DNA of 24,000 nt from Lachnospiraceae bacterium (GTDB lineage: Bacteria; Bacillota; Clostridia; Lachnospirales; Lachnospiraceae): NCBI GenBank assembly GCA_045599965.1, contig JAZRXA010000036.1:1-24000 (forward strand), read 5' to 3'. Both the position numbers and the translations under genes were made by a program. The notes below the pieces were generated by a model that made no database searches, was not told where the DNA came from, and saw only the letters and a program-made list of their open reading frames with translations. Position 1 is the first letter of the stretch, and each line of letters begins with the position of its first letter. This document shows positions 7,623 to 15,023 of the stretch, in pieces.

Positions 7623-7651
7623 TTGACTGTAAGAAAAAGTGGGTTTATAAT
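7623..7651 (+). promoter_or_regulatory. Sigma-A type promoter for the 10-gene OFOR/ligase/ilvE/PFOR operon
   Basis: TTGACT (7623-7628), 17-nt spacer, consensus TATAAT (7646-7651). This gives a leader of about 100 nt to the ATG at 7757. It is divergent from the minus-strand promoter, with the two -35 boxes about 85 bp apart. Confidence 0.6.
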
Positions 7652-7756
7652 CTCCAAAAGCAAAGGATTCTGCCTTGCAGAGACTTTGTTTCTATTTTGT
7701 ATCCTCTTATAGGTTTTGAGGGTTTCTTTTCGTGTATTTGAGGGAAGAAAAATAAG

Positions 7757-8461
7757 ATGAATGCTTTTTTAAAAGCCATGGCCGAGGGCCCAAGAAAAAT
7801 TGCAATTACGGGTCATTTTGGAAGTGGCAAAACAGAGGTCAGCGTATCTCTTGCCACGGCCTTAGCAAAAGAAAATATTCCAAACTTGGCGTTATGCGAT
7901 CTGGATCTTGAAAATCCCTATTTTCGTTCCAGAGAACGACAAAGCCTGATGGAGGCTTCGAAAATCAAAGTTTATTCCGATCCTTTCAAAGGAAAGAATG
8001 GAAGCGAACTTCAGACCATCGATGCAGCTATTAGGGCGCCTTTGGAAGATGAAACTTGCAGAGTCATCTTAGATTGCGGAGGAGATGCTACGGGAGCCAT
8101 GATTTTAAATCAATTCAGCCCGTATATGAAAGAGGATGCTCAGCTAATCAGCGTTGTAAATTGTAACCGTCCGGGAACTAATACACCGCAAAAAGCTGCT
8201 GATCAGATAAACAATACGATGGAAACTACCGGAATAAAAGTTACGGGTATCATATCCAATGCGCATCTGATTCGCTACACAACAGCCCAAACCGTAATGG
8301 ATGGCATGGAATTTACTAAAGAGGTTTCGCGCCTTACGGGCATCCCGGTACTTTGTGCATGTTGTATGGAAAGCCTAGTAGAAGAACTTTCCGGTTGTGA
8401 TTTTGATATTTTCCCGATTGGAATGTACATGAGGGATAGTTATTTAGATAAAAAGGTTTAA
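7757..8461 (+). CDS. Uncharacterised P-loop NTPase (SIMIBI-like), first gene of the OFOR operon
   Basis: Canonical Walker A ITGHFGSGKTE near the N-terminus. A candidate Walker B/switch is RVILDCGGDATG. The layout loosely recalls G3E/MinD-type maturation NTPases (compare UreG liESGGDNL), but the NKxD position reads SNAH. No confident family assignment is possible by eye. Confidence 0.6.
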   Translation: MNAFLKAMAEGPRKIAITGHFGSGKTEVSVSLATALAKENIPNLALCDLDLENPYFRSRERQSLMEASKIKVYSDPFKGKNGSELQTIDAAIRAPLEDETCRVILDCGGDATGAMILNQFSPYMKEDAQLISVVNCNRPGTNTPQKAADQINNTMETTGIKVTGIISNAHLIRYTTAQTVMDGMEFTKEVSRLTGIPVLCACCMESLVEELSGCDFDIFPIGMYMRDSYLDKKV

Positions 8462-8490
8462 AAACCATAAAAATATTCAGGAGGCTTGCA

Positions 8491-8721
8491 ATGAAGAGAC
8501 GTTTTAAAGTCGTTTTCGATGGAGACAAATGCAAAGGCTGTGGCTTATGCATTTCCTTCTGCCCAAAAAAAATCCTTGCCTTTGACCCGGAGGTTAATTC
8601 CAAAGGATATCATCCGGCAGGAATCACAGATGTAACAGAGTGCATCGGCTGCACAAGTTGTGCGACCATGTGCCCAGATTGCTGCATCAGTATTTATGAA
8701 TTAGAGGAGAAAGAAGAATGA
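8491..8721 (+). CDS. 2-oxoacid:ferredoxin oxidoreductase delta subunit (2x[4Fe-4S] ferredoxin)
   Basis: Two CxxCxxCxxxCP-type motifs: CKGCGLCISFCP and CIGCTSCATMCP. 76 aa, AGGAGG SD. Its stop overlaps the next start (ATGA at 8718-8721). Confidence 0.85.
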   Translation: MKRRFKVVFDGDKCKGCGLCISFCPKKILAFDPEVNSKGYHPAGITDVTECIGCTSCATMCPDCCISIYELEEKEE

Positions 8722-9794
8722 GTAAAGTACTTATGAAGGGCAATGAAGCCTTTGGAGAAGCTGCAATACGTGCCGGCTGTAAGTGCTATTTCGGCTATCC
8801 TATTACACCACAGAACGAAGTTCCTGAGTATATGAGCCATGAACTGCCAAAGGCAGGTGGCGCATTTGTACAGGCAGAAAGCGAACTGGCTGCTGTTAAC
8901 ATGGCCTATGGTGCTGCAGCTGCAGGCGGTCGTGTATTTATTTCCACGAGTTCTCCAGGTCTTGCTTTAATGCAGGAAGGACTTGGATTTATATGCAGTA
9001 CGGAAGTTCCAATCGTTGCTCTAAATGTATCCAGAGGCGGCCCTGGTGTAGGTGGTATCCAGCCAGGTCAAGCAGACTATTTCCAGGCAACTAGAGGTGG
9101 CTACAATGGTGACGCTAAAATTCCGGTTTTCGCACCTTCAGGAATTCAAGAATGCGTTGACATGATTTATGAAAGTTTCGATATTGCTGAGAAATACCGT
9201 AACCCGGTACTCATTCTTGCAGACGGCATGATTGGACAGATGATGGAACCGGTAGAACTTCCACCACAAAAGGAAATTACCCCAGTTAACCAAATCAGCG
9301 AAAAGAAACCATGGGCAATCACCGGAACTGATAATCATGACGGAAGAAACGTTATTTTCTCGCTACGTTTGGTACCGGATGTATTAGAGTCTCATGTCGA
9401 GCATATGTTTGAGAAATACGAAGAAGCAGAAAAGGAACTGGTTCGTTACAGTTCTATGAATTTGGAAGATGCAGAAATCGTATTTGTTGCTTTCGGAACC
9501 ATGTCCCGCTTATGCGCAGAAGCCATTGAGATTCTAGAGGAACGCGGTATTAAAGCTGGATTGATTCGTCCAATCAGCTTATGGCCATTTCCAGATAAAG
9601 CCTTTGAAGAAATCGGTCCAAAGACAAAAGTTGTTATTTCAACCGAGCTTAGCATGGGCCAGATGATTCAGGACGTTAAGGCAGCAATAAGCGGTCGTTT
9701 ACCTGTAAGACTGATTAACCGTACAGGCGGAATTGTTCCGTCCTCTCTTGAAATTGCTGACAGAGCAATCAAACATTTGGAGGAGCTGAAATGA
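8718..9794 (+). CDS. 2-oxoacid:ferredoxin oxidoreductase alpha subunit (VorB/KorA/OorA type)
   Basis: LMKGNEAFGEAAIRAGCKCYFGYPITPQNE, QAESELAAVNMAYGAAAAGGR and TSSPGLALMQE are typical for OFOR alpha. 358 aa. Translationally coupled on both sides. Confidence 0.85.
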   Translation: MSKVLMKGNEAFGEAAIRAGCKCYFGYPITPQNEVPEYMSHELPKAGGAFVQAESELAAVNMAYGAAAAGGRVFISTSSPGLALMQEGLGFICSTEVPIVALNVSRGGPGVGGIQPGQADYFQATRGGYNGDAKIPVFAPSGIQECVDMIYESFDIAEKYRNPVLILADGMIGQMMEPVELPPQKEITPVNQISEKKPWAITGTDNHDGRNVIFSLRLVPDVLESHVEHMFEKYEEAEKELVRYSSMNLEDAEIVFVAFGTMSRLCAEAIEILEERGIKAGLIRPISLWPFPDKAFEEIGPKTKVVISTELSMGQMIQDVKAAISGRLPVRLINRTGGIVPSSLEIADRAIKHLEELK

Positions 9795-10534
9795 AAACTA
9801 TATTTGAACCAACAAAGGGAATGCTCCCTGTAGATACAAGCTATTGTCCAGGATGTTCTCATGGTATTGCACATCGTCTTATCATGGAAGTTTTGGAAGA
9901 AAGAGGAGATTTAGGACGCACCATCGGTGTTGTTCCAATCGGATGCTCTATTAATGCTCATAACTTCATGAACATTGATATGTGCGAGTCCACTCACGGA
10001 AGAGCTCCTGCTATTGCAACAGGCATACGTCGCGTTCACCCAGATAAAGTTGTTTTTACTTATCAGGGCGATGGAGACTTAGCTTCCATTGGTGCTGGTG
10101 AAATTGTTCATGCAGCTCATAGAGGCGAGAAGTTTACTACATTCTTTATTAACAATGCGATTTACGGTATGACAGGTGGACAGATGGCTCCTACTACTTT
10201 GATTGGTCAGAGAGCTACTACTGCTGTTAATGGACGTACCATTGAGCAGGCCGGCCTTCCTTTAAAAGTCTGCGAAATGCTATCAACCATTCCTGGCGCA
10301 GTATTTGTAGAAAGAGTAATTTTGAACACTCCTGCAAATGTAAGAAAAGCAAAGAAAGTTATTGAGAAAGCATTTGATATTCAAGAAGCAAAACTAGGTT
10401 TCACCTTTATTGAATTCCTTTCTGCATGTCCTACGAACTGGGGAATGTCACCAGAAGACGCATTAAAATGGGTTGCTTCAGATATGGCAGAATATTATCC
10501 AGTCCAAAATTTTAGAACTCCGGAGGGCTTTTGA
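9791..10534 (+). CDS. 2-oxoacid:ferredoxin oxidoreductase beta subunit (TPP and Fe-S binding)
   Basis: N-terminal CPGCSHG motif. The TPP-binding segment is YQGDGDLASIGAGE...NNAIYGMTGGQ. 247 aa. Confidence 0.85.
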   Translation: MKTIFEPTKGMLPVDTSYCPGCSHGIAHRLIMEVLEERGDLGRTIGVVPIGCSINAHNFMNIDMCESTHGRAPAIATGIRRVHPDKVVFTYQGDGDLASIGAGEIVHAAHRGEKFTTFFINNAIYGMTGGQMAPTTLIGQRATTAVNGRTIEQAGLPLKVCEMLSTIPGAVFVERVILNTPANVRKAKKVIEKAFDIQEAKLGFTFIEFLSACPTNWGMSPEDALKWVASDMAEYYPVQNFRTPEGF

Positions 10535-10536
10535 TT

Positions 10537-11067
10537 ATGAAGATGAAAATGTTTTTTGCCGGTAGTGGTGGCCAGGGAACCTTAGCAATCGGCCAAATGA
10601 TTGCAAAAGCAGCAATGGAAGAAGGAAAAGAAGTAACTTGGCTTCCTTCATATGGACCGGAAATGCGTGGTGGTACGGCAAACTGTACAGTTGTTGTTTC
10701 GGACAAGCCAATTAGTTGTCCGTTAATCAACACCGCAGATATGTTAGTAACGATGAACTTGCCATCTCTTGTTAAATTTGAGCCAATCGTTGTTCCAAAC
10801 GGACTGATTATGATTAATAGCTCTTTAGTTAGCATTGATACATCTAGAAGTGATGTAAAATCTGTAAAAGTTGCAGCAAACGATATTGCTGCAGAGCTGG
10901 GAAACGAAAAAGCAGCCAATATGATTATGTTGGGTGCCATTTTGAATGAGACTCATGTTGTAGAACCGGATACTATCCGCAAAGAAATCGAGCATATGTT
11001 CTCAGGCCCTAAGGAAAAATTCCTTGCCATGAACATGGAAGCTTTTGAACATTACCTTACAAAATAG
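10537..11067 (+). CDS. 2-oxoacid:ferredoxin oxidoreductase gamma subunit
   Basis: FAGSGGQGTLAIGQMIAKAA and SYGPEMRGGTANCTVV are typical for OFOR gamma. I placed the start at the in-frame ATG at 10537, 9 nt after GGAGGG (10522-10527), rather than the tracked TTG at 10531. Confidence 0.8.
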   Translation: MKMKMFFAGSGGQGTLAIGQMIAKAAMEEGKEVTWLPSYGPEMRGGTANCTVVVSDKPISCPLINTADMLVTMNLPSLVKFEPIVVPNGLIMINSSLVSIDTSRSDVKSVKVAANDIAAELGNEKAANMIMLGAILNETHVVEPDTIRKEIEHMFSGPKEKFLAMNMEAFEHYLTK

Positions 11068-11085
11068 TTTAAGGAGAAAAATTCA

Positions 11086-12498
11086 ATGAAAAACATCCAT
11101 ATCAGTGACGTTACATTAAATACAGCACTTGATTCTGGGCGCAATGCCCTGAATTTTCGCGAGAAAATTGAGATCGCGAAGTTGTTAGATCGACTAGATG
11201 TGGATGTTATCGAAGCTGGGGCAATTGTAAATGAAAAGACCGATAGCCTATTAATAAAGGCAATCTCTACCGCGGTAAAAACTTCTTGTATTGCGGTACT
11301 TGTTGACCCAGAAGATAAAGAAAGTGTAGCAAAGGTACATGCTGCGCTGAAGGATGCTCCTTCTTATAGAATGCAGGTGGTAATACCTGTAAGTACGGTA
11401 CAGATGGAATACATTTGTCATAGAAAACCGGCAGCTGTATTAGAATTGATAAAAGAGTCTGTAAGCGAGTGCAAACAGTATGCAGAAAATGTAGAGTTTA
11501 TCGCAGAAGATGCAGTACGCAGCGATCAAGATTTTCTATTCACAGCTATAGATGTGGCTTTAGAAGCAGGGGCAAATGTAATTACAGTCTGTGACGCAGA
11601 AGGAAGCTTGCTTCCAAGTGAAGTATTTGAAAAAATTTCGGACATACGTAAAAAAGTACCGGAGAATGTAACTTTGGGAGTTCGTTGCGCAAATGATCTT
11701 TATATGGCTACCGCTAGTTGTGCAGCTGCTATCCGTGCAGGCGCAGATGAAATCAAGACATGTGCCGGCGGTATAAAGACAACCGAATTAGATAAAATCG
11801 TAGCAGTACTTTCTTCTAGAGGAGACAGCTTAAATGCATTCACCAACGTTAAGACTACAGAAATGCAACGAGTAATTTCTAAAATTCATGAAATCTGCGA
11901 AACTACTCGTTCAGACCATTCACCATTTGATTTTGGCGTTCGTGAAGAAGAAGGCATATTCCTAACTGCGAAGGATGATATGGCAGCAGTTACTCAGGCT
12001 GCAAAACAGCTAGGCTACGAGTTAAGTGATGAAGACGCAGTAAGTGTTTATAATGCGTTTGTTCATATCGCAGAAAAAAAAGAGCAAGTTGGCCAAAGAG
12101 AATTAGATGCCATCATTGCATCTGCAGCAATGCAGGTTCCTGCAACATATTCTATTGAAAATTATATTATTAACTCGGGAAACAAAATTACTGCAAGTGC
12201 CCATATGAAATTAGTCAAAGATGGTAAAGTTTTAGAAAGCGTTTGCCTTGGTGATGGTCCAATCGATGCTGCGTTCCTAGCAATCGAGCAAATTTTGGGA
12301 AGACATTTTGAACTGGATGATTTCCAAATTAAATCTGTAACCGAAGGACATGAGGCGATGGGTGAAACTGTCGTACGTCTTCGTTCTGGCGGAAAGCTTT
12401 ATTCCGGACGAGGCATCTCTACCGACATTATTGGTAGCGGCATTCGCGCTTACATTAATGCAGTTAATAAAATTGTCTTCGAGGAGGAAGAAAAATGA
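11086..12498 (+). CDS. 2-isopropylmalate synthase-like protein (HMGL-like TIM barrel + LeuA regulatory domain) with degenerate active site; predicted non-catalytic
   Basis: The N-terminus aligns to the LeuA IFDTTLRDGEQSPG...VDIIEAG motif but reads ISDVTLNTALDSGR...VDVIEAG. The HxH metal motif (VHCHNDLG) reads VRCANDLY (R200/C201/A202, nt 11683-11691). The C-terminal domain keeps LeuA_dimer hallmarks: GDGPIDAAFLAIEQI, HEAMGETVVRL, GRGISTDIIGSGIRAYINAVNK. Confidence 0.75.
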   Translation: MKNIHISDVTLNTALDSGRNALNFREKIEIAKLLDRLDVDVIEAGAIVNEKTDSLLIKAISTAVKTSCIAVLVDPEDKESVAKVHAALKDAPSYRMQVVIPVSTVQMEYICHRKPAAVLELIKESVSECKQYAENVEFIAEDAVRSDQDFLFTAIDVALEAGANVITVCDAEGSLLPSEVFEKISDIRKKVPENVTLGVRCANDLYMATASCAAAIRAGADEIKTCAGGIKTTELDKIVAVLSSRGDSLNAFTNVKTTEMQRVISKIHEICETTRSDHSPFDFGVREEEGIFLTAKDDMAAVTQAAKQLGYELSDEDAVSVYNAFVHIAEKKEQVGQRELDAIIASAAMQVPATYSIENYIINSGNKITASAHMKLVKDGKVLESVCLGDGPIDAAFLAIEQILGRHFELDDFQIKSVTEGHEAMGETVVRLRSGGKLYSGRGISTDIIGSGIRAYINAVNKIVFEEEEK

Positions 12499-14972
12499 GA
12501 CTTACCTTCTCAGCAAGAGGGTGGCACAGTCTTTCCTGGCAGGAACTGATTGATACTACCTTAGAAAATAAATATGAAGGGCTGGAGCTTTACAACGTGC
12601 ATAAATATGATGCACTAGTTGGAAAGGGCGGTCCTTTAAATGAATATAATATTCAGGCAACGTCTCGGTTTTTAAGAAACAATAAACTGACCGTTCCATG
12701 TATTGATACCTCTTTGGATATCAGCTCTGACAGTAAAGAGGTTATGAGCTGCATTCTTGAAACTATTAAAATTGCAGCTGCGCTGAAAAGTCCTTATGTT
12801 GCTGTGAAAGCGAAGGCCGATGCAGAAGAGCAAGTTTATGCTAACGTTGAAAAGATTTTGCCGGAAGCAGAACGTTTAGGAATTACACTTTTGATTTCTA
12901 CGAAAGGAATCTATGCGGATTCTGCAAAACTACGTAGTCTGATGAACTTTTTTGCAAATGATAATCTTGCAGTTTTATGGGATTCTTTGCATACCTACCG
13001 AGATAAAAAGGAAACTCCGGCAAATACCATTACCAATCTCGGAGCTTATGTGAAACATGTTCATTTAAGAGACTTAAACGATGATGGAACCTATAACCTT
13101 CCAGGCGAAGGAGCTTTCCCAATTGATGATTTAATGAGAGCCTTAGGCTCAGTAGACTATAATGGATTTATTTCTCTGGTTTGGAAACCGGAATATATCA
13201 GCGAGATTACGAATCCGGGAATTGTATTGCCATTCTTTAGCAACTACATGAACCGTTTTGGTGATACCCGTGGCAAGAAGCCAACACTGTATCTAAATCA
13301 TGACGGAAGCGGTCAGTATGTTTGGAAAAAAGATGAATTAATTTCTCTTACTTTTTCTCAGATTCTTGACCGTATGGCTTATGAATTTCCAGATCAGTAT
13401 GCCTTCCGTTATACGACCTTGGACTATACTCGCACCTATCGCGAGTTTAAAGAAGATGTTGACCGCTTCGCCCGTGCTCTAATGAGTTTGGGTGTGAAGC
13501 ATGGATATAAAGTTGCCGTATGGGCAACAAACATTCCTGCCTGGTATATTGCATTCTGGGCAGCAGCAAAAATCGGTGCCGTTTTGGTAACCGTAAATAC
13601 AGCCTATAAAATTCATGAGGCAGAGTATTTATTAAGACAGTCAGATACTCATACTCTGATTATGATTGATGAATGCAAAGACTCAAATTACAAAGAAATT
13701 ATTAACGAACTTTGTCCGGAAATTAAAAAGTCGAAGCCTGAAAAACCGTTACATTGTAAGGCTCTTCCGTTCTTAAGAAATGTAATTACGGTAGGCTTTT
13801 CTATGCCGGGCTGCTTAACCTTTGAGCAGGCTATGGACTGCTGTGAAAATGTTTCTCCTCATGAACTGGCAAAAATGGCAGCAGAGGTTGAGGTAAATGA
13901 TGTAGTAAATATGCAGTATACCTCTGGCACCACGGGTTTTCCGAAGGGAGTTATGCTGACTCACTATAACGTAGTAAATAACGGAAAATGTATTGGAGAC
14001 CGACTGGGACTTTCTACAGCGGACCGTATGATGATTCAGGTACCGATGTTCCATTGCTTTGGGATGGTACTTTCTATGACCGCCTCCATGACTCATGGGA
14101 CCACACTTTGTCCACTTCCATATTTTTCTGCAAAGAGTTCTTTGGCTTGCATAAATCAGGAAAAGATTACTTGCTTTAATGGCGTTCCGACCATGTTTAT
14201 TGCAATGTTTAATCATCCAGATTACAAAAAGACCGATTTTTCCCATATGAGAACAGGCATTATGGCGGGTGCTGGATGTCCTCCGGAACTGATGCGACGT
14301 GCGGCAAGAGACGACGAAATGCATATGAGCGGTATTGTTTCGGTTTATGGCCAAACCGAGTCCGCTCCGGGAAATACAATGTCTTCATGGACAGACCCAT
14401 TGGATAAGAGATGCGATACCGTTGGTAATGCGTTCCCACATATTCAGTGTAAGATTATCGATCCGGAGACCGGAGAAATTCTCCCACCAGGACAAAATGG
14501 TGAATTTTGTTCCAGAGGCTATAACACTATGAAGGGATATTATAAAATGCCAGATGCGACGGCAGCTGCAATAGATGCCGATGGATGGCTTCATTCAGGT
14601 GACTTAGCTTGCTGTGACGAAAATGGCTATTATAAGATTACCGGTCGTCTAAAAGACATGATTATTCGTGGCGGTGAAAACATCTATCCGAAGGAAATCG
14701 AGGAATTCATTTATACCCATGAAGATGTTCAAGATGTTCAGGTAATAGGTGTTCCGGATAAGACTTATGGCGAAGAAGTTATGGCTTGCGTCATCGCAAA
14801 AGAAGGAAGCGACTTAACTAAGGAGAAGCTTCGTGAATATATTACTAAGCGGCTGGCTCGCCATAAAGTTCCGAAATACATTGAATTAATGGACGAGTTT
14901 CCAATGAATGCGGCGGGAAAAGTTTTGAAATATAAGATGAGAGAAGATGCAGCAAAAAGGCTAGGTCTTTAA
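12495..14972 (+). CDS. Fusion: xylose-isomerase-like (AP_endonuc_2) TIM barrel + AMP-forming acyl-CoA ligase (ACSF2/YngI/FadD-like), 825 aa
   Basis: N-terminal ~260 aa show the pattern YEGLELY, IAAALKSPYVAV, LGITLLIST, LAVLWDSLHTY, VKHVHLRD, YNGFISLVW. C-terminal ~560 aa carry YTSGTTGFPKGVMLTH, VYGQTES, LHSGDLA, GRLKDMIIRGGENIYPKEIEE and the catalytic-Lys motif AAGKVLKYK. ATGA overlap with the upstream gene. Confidence 0.8.
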   Translation: MRLTFSARGWHSLSWQELIDTTLENKYEGLELYNVHKYDALVGKGGPLNEYNIQATSRFLRNNKLTVPCIDTSLDISSDSKEVMSCILETIKIAAALKSPYVAVKAKADAEEQVYANVEKILPEAERLGITLLISTKGIYADSAKLRSLMNFFANDNLAVLWDSLHTYRDKKETPANTITNLGAYVKHVHLRDLNDDGTYNLPGEGAFPIDDLMRALGSVDYNGFISLVWKPEYISEITNPGIVLPFFSNYMNRFGDTRGKKPTLYLNHDGSGQYVWKKDELISLTFSQILDRMAYEFPDQYAFRYTTLDYTRTYREFKEDVDRFARALMSLGVKHGYKVAVWATNIPAWYIAFWAAAKIGAVLVTVNTAYKIHEAEYLLRQSDTHTLIMIDECKDSNYKEIINELCPEIKKSKPEKPLHCKALPFLRNVITVGFSMPGCLTFEQAMDCCENVSPHELAKMAAEVEVNDVVNMQYTSGTTGFPKGVMLTHYNVVNNGKCIGDRLGLSTADRMMIQVPMFHCFGMVLSMTASMTHGTTLCPLPYFSAKSSLACINQEKITCFNGVPTMFIAMFNHPDYKKTDFSHMRTGIMAGAGCPPELMRRAARDDEMHMSGIVSVYGQTESAPGNTMSSWTDPLDKRCDTVGNAFPHIQCKIIDPETGEILPPGQNGEFCSRGYNTMKGYYKMPDATAAAIDADGWLHSGDLACCDENGYYKITGRLKDMIIRGGENIYPKEIEEFIYTHEDVQDVQVIGVPDKTYGEEVMACVIAKEGSDLTKEKLREYITKRLARHKVPKYIELMDEFPMNAAGKVLKYKMREDAAKRLGL

Positions 14973-15023
14973 AAATAAATAATCACGCGGGAAAAAATCC
15001 CAAAAATAAGCGGAGGAAATAGT

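Noticed and set aside
7652-7756. Possible T-box, riboswitch or Leu/Ile/Val leader-peptide attenuator in the ~100-nt leader of the BCAA-related operon
   Set aside because: It is too short for a T-box, and I see no T-box consensus (AGGGUGGNACCGCG-like) or terminator/antiterminator pair. The only small reading frame (TTG at about 7676, 14 codons) has no SD and is not enriched in Leu, Ile or Val codons.
10512-10940. 142-aa minus-strand ORF antisense to the OFOR gamma subunit. Similar antisense or alternate-frame ORFs occur at 13815-14354, 15620-15988, 16287-16634, 16680-17009, 17832-18206, 3112-3405, 5501-5842, 6131-6461, 8334-8603 and 22008-22265
   Set aside because: All are embedded in genes with clear family motifs on the other strand or frame. 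They lack ribosome-binding sites and have compositionally odd translations. I treat them as non-coding.
12350-12553. 67-aa plus-strand ORF spanning the junction between the IPMS-like gene and the ligase gene
   Set aside because: It is an alternate frame overlapping two well-supported genes that are already joined by an ATGA overlap. It has no SD or motif.
14987-15001. GGGA-AAAAA-TCCC hairpin between the 825-aa ligase and ilvE as a terminator that would split the operon
   Set aside because: The stem is only 4 bp, and A-rich rather than T-rich sequence follows. It is unlikely to terminate transcription.
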